DNA from: Tubulanus polymorphus
Lineage: Eukaryota; Animalia; Nemertea
Length of the DNA: 64,000 nucleotides
Assembly: GCF_964204645.1 (NCBI RefSeq)
Contig: NC_134026.1
Coordinates: 27,004,150-27,068,149, forward strand
Reading direction: 5' to 3'
Each line of letters starts with the position of its first letter. The stretch's first letter is position 1. Below the pieces are notes generated by a model, which was not told where the DNA came from, searched no databases, and saw only the letters and a list, made by a program, of their open reading frames with translations. Shown in pieces: positions 1 through 13,200 of this stretch. Made by a program: the position numbers and the translations under genes.

Positions 1-922
1 CAATGCCATTTCATCGAAAGTACAAAGTTTTCATTCTATGTGAATAGTATACGGTGGATCAGCAGTTTAGTTTTCTGATGATCTGTCGATGGCTTGGACG
101 GATCAGATCTGTATCTGCCACCACTAATCTCATGGTACTTAGCTGTCTAGCATTGAAAGACCCGATACTATTTTGAAGGGGATAGAAAGAGCAGAAAAAT
201 AGTGTCACGTGAACACAAATTCTATTGTGCAATTGTACAGATAACAACCAACAACATTAACAAGACAATAAAACAAAACTAAACGTGAATCTGTACAGAT
301 ATTTGACAGATATATTGGTCCCACTCAACCAGACCCAAATATTGTATGGATCTTCGCCTTGTTTATATCACATCAATCTACTGAACACCAAAAATAGAAT
401 CTTACATATACACTTGGCTGTGTAAGATCCACAACTAAACACTTAATTTAAGTAGTATGACAAATGCATCAATGTTAAATTTTACAGAAAAATGACAAGA
501 TTTTCACATTCATGGATGTTGCAAAAGTAGAAAAAATACCTTTAGTCTAAGCTATGTTTATTCAAAATGATTTTTATCATCTCATTACAGAGAAGATATT
601 CGAAAAATATTTGCTTAACCAGATCAATAAACTTTCATCGAAGATTATGAGCAGCTCCAGAAAGAACTCGTGTGATTACTTTCACCTAGCGAAAACTAAA
701 GCAAAATAGGTGAAAGAAAACCTCACTAAATGTTCCATACATCGATATTACACAGTTCATTAAATGCAGCTCCTCTCCGAAAATTGAAAATGAGAGGAGA
801 ACAAACCACTCATGAGTGTTTTATCAAATCAGCCTAATTCTAGAGTCGTGGAAGCCATTGCACAAACCCTATCAGGTTAAAATCGTTAAAAGACCCCTTA
901 AAATTTGGCTCTATGAACATTT

Positions 923-3900
923 TTATACATGGCTATCTGATAATGCTGCCTTATAATTAGTGAACAGTGAATGTTGTAGTAGGTCCTTCGATGTAGGCCT
1001 CTCATCAGGATTCTTTTCAAAACAACGAAGAATGAGATCTCGAACCGGAGGTGAAACATAGTCAGGTACAGGAGGTGGCTTGGTAGCCGAGGCAATCTGA
1101 AAAATTGAACATAGAAATTTATGATGGTACATTCAACATTACTGTCAATTTATTTTCAGTCAACAAAATAAGACAAACCTTGAATATGAGAGCTAGATGA
1201 TTGGATAAATCACTGGCACCCCACGGTGGTTTAGCAGTTACCATTTCTATCATTACACAACCAATACTCCAAATATCACAACTTCTACCATAATCTTCTC
1301 CCCTCAAAACCTGAGATAGATATGTTTCACATGAATCAAATGTGATGATTGAATGATAGAGAGTGAACTGCATCTAGAAAATGAATTACTTACCTCGGGG
1401 GCCATGAATGCAATCGTCCCTAATAGCTGGCCTTTAAATTCACCAACCATTGTGGCTTGGGCAGATAATCTTCCAGCAGCTCCGAAATCAGCAATTTTCA
1501 CCGTTTGTCCAGTGCTGTCAACAAGCAGATTTGCTCCTAAAAGAAACAAGCGTTTTTAGAAATATCAATCTATTGAATAATGTGTCAATATAAAATTCTA
1601 GAATCTGTGTCATTGTACTAGTTTCAAGAAAGTCTGTCATTGACATCGAGGTCAATGTCATGTCAAGTTACAATGTCAAAGATTGGATGTACCTTTAAGA
1701 TCTCGATGAATCATTTGCTTATCATGTAGATAGGCTAACCCTAAGAGGACTTGTTGAGTGTAGTTGATAACTACTTGTTCAGAAAACGCACCGTACTTAG
1801 AGAGAAGATACGCCACAGAGCCACCTGTGAATGGAATATATTATAAACAATTTAATGCCATGTCTGTGCATTGCAAAGGACTCAAGCAAAAACAGTTGTA
1901 GACTTACCAGACATCCACTCAACAAACATGTTAAAGTGTACACCTTCTTGCGTTGCTCCAAGAATACGGACAACATTTCTATGATTCATTTTGGTCATCA
2001 AATCAATTTCAGCCTTGATGGCTTCAACGACCTTCTCTTGTTCGGAATCAGAGTTGCGACAAAAAGCAATCTGGAAGATCAGACAAATTTGTTCAACTTT
2101 TTATTTTCATTAGTCAATTAAATCAAAGGAGCCTACTATGTGTGATTATCAGTTATTTTACCTGTTTCACAGCAACAATAACTCCTGATGTTGTGTCCCT
2201 CGCTTGATAACATGAACTGAAAGCACCAGTACCAAGTAAAGCACCTTTCACCCAATGTTTGTTTTCTTGGTACAAACAATTTCCAGTAGTTTCTGAATCT
2301 GTAGTTATTTTACCATCAACGCATTCTTCATCTTCAGGCTAGAATGAACAGATTTATTGTGAAATAAAGGAGACCAGGTTGTTTCCTTTACTGACACAAG
2401 TCCTTCAGTCAAAAATGAGCCTAATACCTCTGGTTGAATCCTGATTGTGACAACATTCTCGTCCGGACCTCTAGAGAGACCATGGATGTAAGGCAGTTTA
2501 TCTAGTGGCTGTGCTGAAATCTCTAATGCTGAAACAATTGCCTCAGCTTCTTCTTTGTCAATTTCTTGTTTGCATAGTAACTTGCTTCTGTCATGAAATG
2601 CTAAAATATGAGAAATAAGAAAATGTTATGCACTAAACTTTTTACTATTACTACCACCAATTTAAAAATATTATTCATAACTAACCTTCTATTGCCTCCA
2701 ATGGTGGCTTTGTCAGATTACGCTTTGGAGAAGCAATTTCAGTTCTGAAACAAATCTGTTTGTCTTCAGGAGTTGTTGGTGAAAATGGATTATCCGACCA
2801 ATCCCCAGTTAGTTGGTTTCTGCTAGCAGGAAGGCTGATGGTTTGATGATTATAGCCGGATTGATACAATGCTCTATCTTGTAATTCAATATATTTCTCA
2901 TTCGTGATGTTAAGTTTTGGATTAGATGAATACTTTTTAATCGGAGAAAAGGCAACACGTTTAGATTTTGGAGTTTGAGAATTCTTTCTGACATTTTCTT
3001 TATTTTGCACGAGATCTTCTTTGCTGCATGATCCTTTGAGTGAACTCTGCTGTCTGGCCACTGGAATTTGTGACTTTTTGGCTGAATTCGTAGGCAGAGA
3101 ATTTCTCCGTTTCGTCAATGGTGAATTCGGAGGAGGTTTATTTCCTTTAACATGACAGTCGCGATCATAAGCTGGTTCCTTTTTAACAAGAAGAGTCACC
3201 TGTTGAGCAACGGTGAATTCGTTTGCAACAACAGCTAGACGTTTCTTCATTCTAAGATGTAAACCATGCTCCAAACGACTTAACATTTGCTCAACCTCTT
3301 GAAATACAGATTTCACGTGAGCAGTTAATCTGGAACCGATGATGAATACTCTCCGTGCCATTTTACCGATTCTTATATGCGAGTTGTCAACCTCTGCCAA
3401 TGCAAACCTTAATACAGACATCATGCGATGATAATTACTAGGAAGTTCACAACTGTCTGTAACACCGCTATCAGATGAAGACACTTGACGTTGTCTTCCA
3501 TGCTGCCTTAAAATAAACTGCGATGGAAAATTGTCTAATAGTTTATCTAACATCGACATTCGTCCAAGTAACCACTGCCACTGAACACTGTTATGAGGGT
3601 AATCCTGAACAATGCAACTTATAATGAAGTCAATTCCATCCAATCCTTTAGATTCTGAAAAAATAAATAATTCCATGATGCACAACAAGAACCAGATGGT
3701 TACACACACTGAGACTCAATTAGCGGTATCTATTTCCAAATTACCTGATTTTCCAACTTTCCTGCCAATGGCTAACTCGCCTTCCTGTGCTTTAGCAAGT
3801 TCGAGAATGGTAGACATGGACAACTGACTAGTTTTCCTGGAAATGGAGATCAAACTAATATATGTTATGGGACCTGGAATGGAGTGTCACCACTACTCTC

Positions 3901-6900
3901 TGGCAGAGGCAATGCATACCTGTTGCTATCAGTACACTTAATGAGGATGGTATCAATTATTGGACGCAAAAGACTTTGAATCCATTCTAGTTCCTCATAA
4001 CTGGAGCATATGATGTTACCAAGCAAACTTCTTAATGTTTTCTGAAATAGAAAATTTTGTTCATTGTCAACTACAGAATTTACATATTTCTCAATAGAAT
4101 CAAATTAAGAAAATTATATTTCTGCATATTTCATATTCTGTACTTACAAGGGCTGCCACAAAAACTTTATAGACAGGATCTGCACAAACCATTGACAACA
4201 TGTTACAGCAGCACTCAATCATTTGACCTCGCTGACTTTGTGGTTTGACTCTAGCATCTGCTGATAATTGGGAGTTCATACGCTGCATCAAATGTTTCAG
4301 AGCCGTCTCTCTTAAGTTCCAATCTCGTGAGAAAAGACAAGACACAAGATCTTCTCCAAAAACCTGAAAAAATTGACGCAATTGATTTAATTTTCAATCT
4401 AGAGGTATTCATTTAGAATCTGTCTATCAGGAAAATGAAATTTATATACATACAACAATCCAAGGTTTAGCGAGTTCTAGATGTTCTTGTGGAATGGATT
4501 CAGCACGTGGAAGCCGACAATCAAGTAAATCATCCACATCAGGAGTTTGAACTCGCGTTCCATCTAAACTATCAACGTCATCACTACAACTGTTATCCAT
4601 TGTTGTCAAACTCCATTCTGTACGACATAGTGGACAAATCAATGGATCACCTTGAAGTTTACACTCTTCAAACCCTAAAACATGATAAATAATGAATGAT
4701 GTATACCAAGGTATTAGGATTTTGATATGGATTCAAAGAATCAAACTTACAAATTGCGATACAATGATGGTGCAGTTTATTTTGGCAACCTTGGTCACAT
4801 TTCACTAAGCTTTCTCCATCTATCATTTCTAGAAGACAAATGGGACATATTTCTTCTTCATCATCTTTGCTTCTGAAAAATTAAGTTTCAACAATGATGT
4901 ATAGGCTATAACATGTAGAACACTGCTCGGATATTAAATGAAGGTGCCTGTTAACTAACCTATCACTGAGAAGGCTTTCTTGAGAAGCTCTCGTTTCAGC
5001 TAAGCGATCTACCTCAGTAACACGCTGTTTTGATTTTTTAACTTTCTTGTCACCGTTACATTGTTTTTTGCGTCGTTCATTGTAATTTATGAACAGGGTA
5101 TCAACTTCAAAGTTTTTCAAGGTCCTCCGCCAAAGTAATGGATCATGTTCCGACACTTGGAAGACGCGCAACATCACAAATAGTATATGAATACAGTGAG
5201 GCCCTCTTCCACAGCTACATGTCTGAAAGAAAACTTAACTTCATCAGTCTTCATTTTGTGATATTGCTAATATCGCAGAATCATCAGTTATTTCAGTTTG
5301 TCTACATAAGTAAAACCCTTTTGATTTACTCACTTGGGGACCAATGATGATTCTGAATTTGTGATCAGGTGAATCACCACCTATCAGTAAAGAATTGGGT
5401 CCGCTTTGTTGTAGGAGATATAATCTAGCGCGAAGAGCCTTTTCTACTCGTTTTGAAGCAGTATCAGCTGAAAGACCACTCTCATTTCCATTTGGTGAAG
5501 GTGTCCTACGCCCTGTGCTGTTACTTCGCGCCTGACAAAATATAAAACTTGATTATCAATCAATTATCAATACGTATATACAAACGAAGTGATAGTTGCC
5601 TAGAAAACAAGGAAATCAAAAGATACCAAAGGTGGCTTGAATCCATTAAATAACATACCGAACAATTGGATTTCCGGCGCTGACAAGGTGATACCGGTTG
5701 TCTATTCAGAACCTGTCTGGAGAAAGCATTCTCCGCACTAGGTGAAGGTGTTCTCACATGTTTCTTTGGACTGCTACTATAGTTCGATGAACTCTAAAGA
5801 CAGTTGAAAACAATCATCATTATAATTAACTTTATTTCCTGAAACAATTACGACAAAATGTACGAACATGAATTTATGAAGATTCAATAGTCTAGGTAAA
5901 TTATTACAGAGATAAATAATTAGATGTAGGCCCTCGTTATAATGAAACAGCAGGGAATTTCAATAAAGGAAATCCTTGTGCATTTATCACCCTACAAAAC
6001 TCAATTTCCATCTTCTTATATCTCAACATCATCAACCGCTATCATCCATGGATAGATTCAAAGATTGAAGGCAGTTTTTCAGCGTATTTCTATGGTTTCG
6101 TAATGACTGATAATCACAAAAGCGTGACTTCAATCAATTTACACAGAGAATTCATAGTTGTAGCTGTCAGGCTATTTCTGATTATCAGTTATTCATTTTT
6201 TAGTCGAGTCTGATATTATACTAACCGAACTGCTCGTTGATACCAGGTGTAAAGCATTTGGCTTCGCTATCTGCAATGAGAAAACACTTTTATTGATTGA
6301 TAGATATTTTACATTTTTTGGGAAAACAAATTATCAAAACTCTGATAACATTTATCAGTAGTACTGTATCTATTTTACATGCCATTGATTAACAAAATTT
6401 CAATTTGGATGTAAATTCTATCAATGGTGGATTAAACGCTACAATACTGAACAGATTACTGATGAATGAGTTGCTGATTTTCAAAGATGCATCATTGCGT
6501 GCATGATGCCGATCGTGCTGAACCAATAAGAACTATAGTCTCCATGGTTTCCTTGGTGAATTACGAGCTAGCAAAAATCAAAGACTACATTGAATACTAT
6601 ATGATTAATTATTGATAAAATTCAGTCATCACGTAGTAATGCTGTATTGTGCCATCTCCTTCCTTAGGTACCTATCTATGATTCGATAAGCACTTACACC
6701 CTTTTAAGAATGAAAAAGACTTAATACATCTAAGGAATATTCGAAAAGCTATAAGTACTGGTAATACATTTTCAGTTTTCAATCAAAATATCTGGGGCAT
6801 AGACCTTGTACCGGTATTGTTTATTCAATAAAATCAAACAGAACCAGATGTAGTAGCCAGCTCCACCCTTTATAATAGGGATACATTTGCTGTGACTCAC

Positions 6901-8820
6901 AAGACCAGGTGATACTTATAATACAGCCATATAACAGAAGATACGTTAAAATAGCGTTGTAGAACAAAGAACTGAGAACGTGCGATCTATGAAATTCAAA
7001 TGTTAGATTTGTAAAAGTTTGATTCATAGGTGGCTTGTTCTGTCATCTCTTCAGTAGCTGGAGCCGTGTAGTACGATATAGCTTCTGTAGCCACAAGTTG
7101 TAATGTTGCTATGGTGATTATATACACATTATGGGTGGGGTCGGTTTATCAGAACGGGTTCAGTATCGTTAATCACTGTAAGGAATTACTCTGATACGCG
7201 CGATAACAATGACAAATCATCTCTTCAAATTTTGGAGAAATCTAATGCCGAAACACTACTGTATTCAAAATAAAAACCTCTATGCTTCTTGTAAATGATA
7301 TTTGAAGTACAGAACTTTATTCAGTGGCTTTTGAAATGAACAAATTTCACCATTGCTTAAAATTTCCTAATTTTCAAAACCTTAATTCTTTTAAGTCAAT
7401 ATCCCTTATCCAGGCAATATTGCACAATACTTGAAATCTTTTCAACTATTCAACCCCTACACAAAGGTGCAGTTATTGCACTGCCCATAAACTATATGGT
7501 AGCTGGCCTATTCATTAAGGTGTATAAAGGTAATGCACATAAAACTCTATTCTATAGCTGCGCGTGACACGGCTGGAATTCTCAGAATGTATCGATTTTC
7601 AATAGTACGCCATAGTTTCCATATATGGTATGAAAGCCTGTTATAATAGTTATACTAATAATAATATAAATGCTTACCACTGGTCCTTTACTCTTTCGAT
7701 CAGTGCTGTCTTTTTTCCAAGCTGTCGTTTTCAACCTTTCTCTAATTTTGCTATCTTGTAGTCGATCATCTTTGCCCCATTTTTTCTCCTTCCCAAATCT
7801 ATAATGATCGAAATGTTGACAATATCGTAATACAAACCTCACATTAAAATTTCCATAGCGATTCTGTTTTCAAAAAAACCATCTGAACATATTATCACTA
7901 TACTAAATCAACTTTTTCCTTATACTAATTATAGAACATAATTCTGAAGCCATAAATTATAGATTATGAACAGGGCTCACTAAAATGATAGCCTATATCC
8001 ATTCTAGTAAAAGATAATACAGTAATACAAAGTCCTAATAAATGGGCTCATGGACTGATTCTAACTTGGGTGTGGCGGTAGTAGGCCTACCGTATTCCAT
8101 GTGATTTTGATTTGGGCACATATTGTCACCGGTATGGTCAAATCCTAATTTCTCTTTCAATGAACCAAATCTCAATCTTATCGAGAAGCTTAAAAGTAAG
8201 TGCGCAATAGCCATCTGAAAGCTAAATTTTTTTTTACATCACAGACGACAATATACCCAGTATAATACATGATCTATAGCTTACATATTGAAACAACGCC
8301 AACAGGAAAAATAAGCACAGCTGTGCACATTGTGGCTTCGAATATCATTATTATAACTCTCTATGCAGCAATAAAGAATTATTGTATTCAAACGCATATG
8401 CCTGCATTGAAAAATCTACCAACCAGAACAGTCTTTGTAACTTACAAAGTTTCTTACTCAAAAGATAAGCAAAATAAGAAAATGATTTATAGCCTAAATT
8501 ATAAGTTGATTATAACATCGAATCGCCAATCTCCTTCAATTAAAAGTATTTTTGCCATTTGGACAGGCTAGGCTGAAACTAAGTAGCATCGTCATATAAA
8601 ATAAACTGCAAGTTTTAGTAACAGTTAGTGAGTTACGGTACCTTTCAACAGGAGATTCGACCCGAGGCTCGGCATCACGTTCCGCTGGAGCAGAAGCCAA
8701 TGATCGGATGGAACCGTGACTGTGCCTTCGACATATTCTTGGAGTTGATGGAGAAGACTGATCCGAAATATTTAACAGACTTTCACGAGAACCGGATGGT
8801 GTTAGAACTTTTGTAGCCAT
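923..8820 (-). CDS. MAP3K1: Mitogen-activated protein kinase kinase kinase 1 (MEKK1), ~1252 aa, 19 coding exons
   Basis: Exons in transcript order: 8642-8820, 7678-7798, 6244-6270, 5659-5793, 5334-5531, 4960-5222, 4751-4872, 4454-4674, 4148-4363, 3920-4041, 3745-3836, 2686-3654, 2428-2600, 2162-2338, 1908-2070, 1693-1824, 1394-1536, 1179-1310, 923-1096. All introns are GT-AG with consistent phases (3759 nt total). Diagnostic MEKK1 segments: [53 protein letters not shown]...HHHC...[22 protein letters not shown], kinase [38 protein letters not shown]. Confidence 0.96.
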
Positions 8821-9098
8821 TACAAGTGAAGAAGCGGATCATGTTCGCTTGCAACAAAGAAATACCGTAGCACTTTTTAGCACAGACTCCGAGTCCCGTT
8901 TTATGTAAATCCGCGCGAAATTCTAAGATGCTTTTAAAACAGTTTAAATACGAAATCAGACACCTTGTCAACTAAATGAACCCCTTCTAATACGTTCTCC
9001 TAACACTTAAAAAGCCGACCAGCAGCTTCATGCGAAAATATGAACTTTAAACTCGTGTTAGGGCGACTGGCTTCACCCACGGTATCTCAATGTGATGT

Positions 9099-9111
9099 AC
9101 ACACACACACA
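9099..9111. repeat. Short (AC)n microsatellite upstream of MAP3K1
   Basis: ACACACACACACA. Confidence 0.7.
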
Positions 9112-9376
9112 TGTGCCACATGTTCGATCAATGGAATGACATTTCTAGCCTCGCTGTCGATCTCCAATGTATGACCTCATATCTATTTATAGTAACAAAA
9201 TATTTACCGAGTTGCGAATCAAAACTTCCATTTTAAATCTATATGATATGATATAGTATCTAAATTGTATAAATAGGTCGATTTCGTATGTTTTCAACGT
9301 AATAATCACTAACGGAAAGGATTTGAAGAGAGCTCCTCATTAACATAAATAAACAGCAGCTCGTCAAGCACGTTGT

Positions 9377-9426
9377 TTCCGGTGTTTGACAGACATGCGG
9401 AAGTATTTTGATAGACATGCGGAAGT
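9377..9426. promoter_or_regulatory. Clustered ETS/GABP-type motifs in the MAP3K1 / uncharacterised gene bidirectional promoter
   Basis: AGACATGCGGAAGT occurs twice (9391-9404, 9413-9426), plus TTCCGG at 9377, in a CpG-rich segment between divergent genes. An Inr-like TCAGTC lies at 9581-9586 on the plus strand. Confidence 0.5.
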
Positions 9427-10275
9427 TTCGAACGCGTTCCGCGGTTACGATATGTCCCCAGTTTGCGGCATTGTACATAAAATTCTACATTTTTCATGAT
9501 TTTGAGTAGTTCTCTTGCGTAGCATTTACGAACACGGGACACATCCACTGAAATGTTGATTCCCAATCGAAGATCATCGATCAGTCACACTTTCTTTATT
9601 AAAAAAATTCAATCAATATTTCATCATTTTATTCATTTGAGGAATACGTGTAACCAGCAGCAGCAACAACAGCACTGTTCCTTGTATGTATCTGCTAAGC
9701 TGATTTTATCATATATTTCTTTAAGTTGACGAAGTGTATAATTTTATTTATTGCGCCGCAGAGTGTAAAAATACCACCAACTTCAAGCTGGACAGCAGAA
9801 AATACACTTCTAACTATTTTACCAAGAGAGTTATAATAATGCAAAAAGACTGAACAGCTTTTTTCAATTTCATTTGGCAACGAAGAAACGAGTAGTAGAA
9901 ACGAAACACTTTTTGAATGAACCATTAATAGTGTGCGCTTCAGTGGTGCCATCTAAAATGAATATATTAAATCAGTGATGCATGTCAGCACGCTTTTATG
10001 GCCCTCAACTAATCCTTTTTAATTTCAGGTACCGATATTTACCGCAAAGTATCGGCAAATAATGGCAAGTTCATTTTAATATCATAAGTTGTAGACAACA
10101 TAGACTGATTCAAAAGGGATTTGTTAAGAAGGTAGGTTTGTATTGAAATAATTCAACGATTCTAGCTGTACCGGTATATCCAATCAAGGTCTATTGCTAG
10201 ATATGTAAAACTATTAGAATTACTTCTTGTATCATCAGTTTCACCCTGGATTACTTTTCAGTGGTTTATTCTAAG

Positions 10276-13200
10276 ATGGCTGCAGGAATGGTTGACTACA
10301 ATTCAATCATTGGTAGCTTAGACTGTGAATTACCTGCCAAAAAGTTATTCAAACAATCACTGAAGGTAGGCACTTTTCTGTTTGTTCTTTAATTCTAAAA
10401 CACTTCAATGTCTTGGGTGATATGTCATTGTAATAATCAAAATGACAATGATGAAAGAATAGGGGAATGCGTTGACTGAAAAAATAGAGTATCCCTTTTC
10501 AAAAGAAGTAAATTACTGGGTATATTTTACCTATATATAGGTAATTGTTATCATAAATTTAGCATTGAAATAATCATTTATATTTAGATACATTTCCTAT
10601 AGTTAAGTTTATTCCCTCAAAATATAATAACAAATGCATATAGTCGTATTGTCAATTTGTTTACTGATCTCTAAGGAATAAGACAATTTGACTCGCATTC
10701 ATAAGATCATTTTTTCAGGTCACAGATATAGAAATTTCATATTGCACACTTATTCATTATCTAGACATCGTTCTATAGATTTCATTCAACCAACATTTTG
10801 ATATGTAGTACTGTGTTGTATTTAAACGCATGACATATGAATAAAGGTGTTCGCTTTATAAATATATAGACTTGATTGAAATTTCAACGTGTGCAGTGGT
10901 AATTGGAATGTCTTTGTCAATGGTTGACAGAGACGTGTTCTGTTGTTTACATATTTTCATGACAACACCCGTACAAATGTACTGGTTCCGCTAGTTTAAG
11001 ATTATTTTTTTTACAATACTTAGCTATATTTAATGACTATTAACATGTTGTTAAGAATAAAAGTTTATCCCTTTAGAAAAGAAAATTACAAATCCTAGTA
11101 TGAATTAAAGATTGAAAAAGTGGTGTAAATAATGAAAATATATACGGGCTCACAAAAACAAGACCTAGATAATGTCTATTACTTATTATTTACTCCATTA
11201 AAGCATCAATTAATTCATTCAACTTAAAAGGCGTTTGCTTAATGAATCTGAAGGATTGATTGATTATTATGAAACATAAAGCAAACATTTATTCACTTTT
11301 TAATGTATATCAATTATCTAGTCGCCCCACAGCGCTGTTAGTCTACAGGTTTTCTTTTGATCGAAAGAAAGGCAAACAGGTGGATTTTTCAGAACAAGTG
11401 GTGAACACCAGTTATACAAATAGTCAACTGGTGGGATATATCTGTTGGTATATAAAATTCTGATCAGTTCCATTCTTGAAACCACCCTAAAAACTTTGAT
11501 TTGAAGTAAAGAGGTCCGTCCTCCTCTAAATCGTTTTGCATCTATTGCATACAGGGTATTCGGCGTATTTGAATATTTCCATTTTCATTATATCTTTGTA
11601 GAAACGATATCTCGGAGATGTTGACTCACGGCAGCATCGTATAAATATCGGACATGCATTGAATATTCCGCTTTATCAGCCATTTGGATGTCCATCACCG
11701 CAGACAATTACCTACAGACAGAAGACATCAGGTGAAATACTACAAGAAGAACAGCAGAAATACCATAGTTATTGTATCACAGCCAAGTAAGTTAAGTTGG
11801 AATTTCATGACTTATGTTTCATGAAATTGTATTCCATTTAATGCAATACTCATTGACCTTCATAAAGGCTAATCTGTGATTTAATGACTTCTTCATGAAT
11901 TTTCATTATGCTATATCATCAGTCACACCACTGCTTTAGTACAGTATAATTGATTAATGAGCTGTGGGAGAGAGAGTTTGACATTGCACTAGTTGATTGG
12001 TTTCACTGTTGTTTCTCTGATTTTTGGATTTTATCAAAGAAATATAATAATTTTTTCAGTACACCAAATACTTCACCCAGGAGAAGTCAAACAGCATTTC
12101 TGAACAAACGAAGAACAGCTCAGCCTCTGATTTCAGGTGAGTATATCTAATCATGAATCGACTGCTGGGACTGTCTCAGCGTGGGATTATTCTCATTTTA
12201 AACCGCTTATACTGCTGCGGTTCAGAATTCAAATATTCGTATCATTTCCATAGAAACTGATTAAAAACACCATCGTTAGTGATAATGGATGATTCTATTT
12301 ATGGTGGAATTAATTCAGTTAATGCACGTTCGCATTCATCTGAATACAATCTGTCCTTTTTATTCAAACCATCATTCACGCAGTTGATTGAATGTGAATG
12401 AAGCCATTTCTTGCTTTCGTGACTTTGTTGATTTTGGATAAAACATGTGAGTGATCACCACTGGATAAACCTTGACAGTATTGCACGATATTGAAAGGCA
12501 GACTGAATAACATCAGAACCTTTTGAATGAATTGACACAGAAAATGCCTATTACAACTGTAACAATTGAAATATTTGACAATGCTTTTGTGATTTAGTTA
12601 CGGGCGAAAATCAAAGTCGACCTCAAACCTCAGCAGCTCGGATTTCAACAAGTTTATCTCAGCGAAATGTAACACCGAGAACACAAGCTAGTTGGAACCC
12701 TAAATCTGCAGGTAAATCTGTTTCTTATTAAAAAAATCTATTCTAGCCTAGGTTTTGGGTTAATGAGAAGAAATGTGGTAACGAGTAACTGCTTAACTGG
12801 TATATAGACTAAAGGAGGAAGAAGTTAAAATTCATCCCTATTTGTTAACCATTCATATTTTTCTAATCTTTGTTCCACACAGCTATAGACAACAAAAGAG
12901 CTGTGCGTTCTCAATCAGCAAAGCAGATAAAATTTGACGCAGATTATATAGATAATAAAATTGCATATGAAAATGCAAAATCTGATATAATCCGACACCG
13001 CAGACCACAGAGCCATACCCTAAATATTGGTGCTTATAAACGAGGTGACAAGAATGAAAATGGCAGCGTAGATAGCGGTAATCAACAGTGGTTGACATTT
13101 GGAGGTGGTGTGAAAAACAGTGGAGGAATGATTGAAGCATTCACAGGTATCAAAACAACAAATTTTTCGTTTATATGGAACAGATATATTGGTTTTTCTA

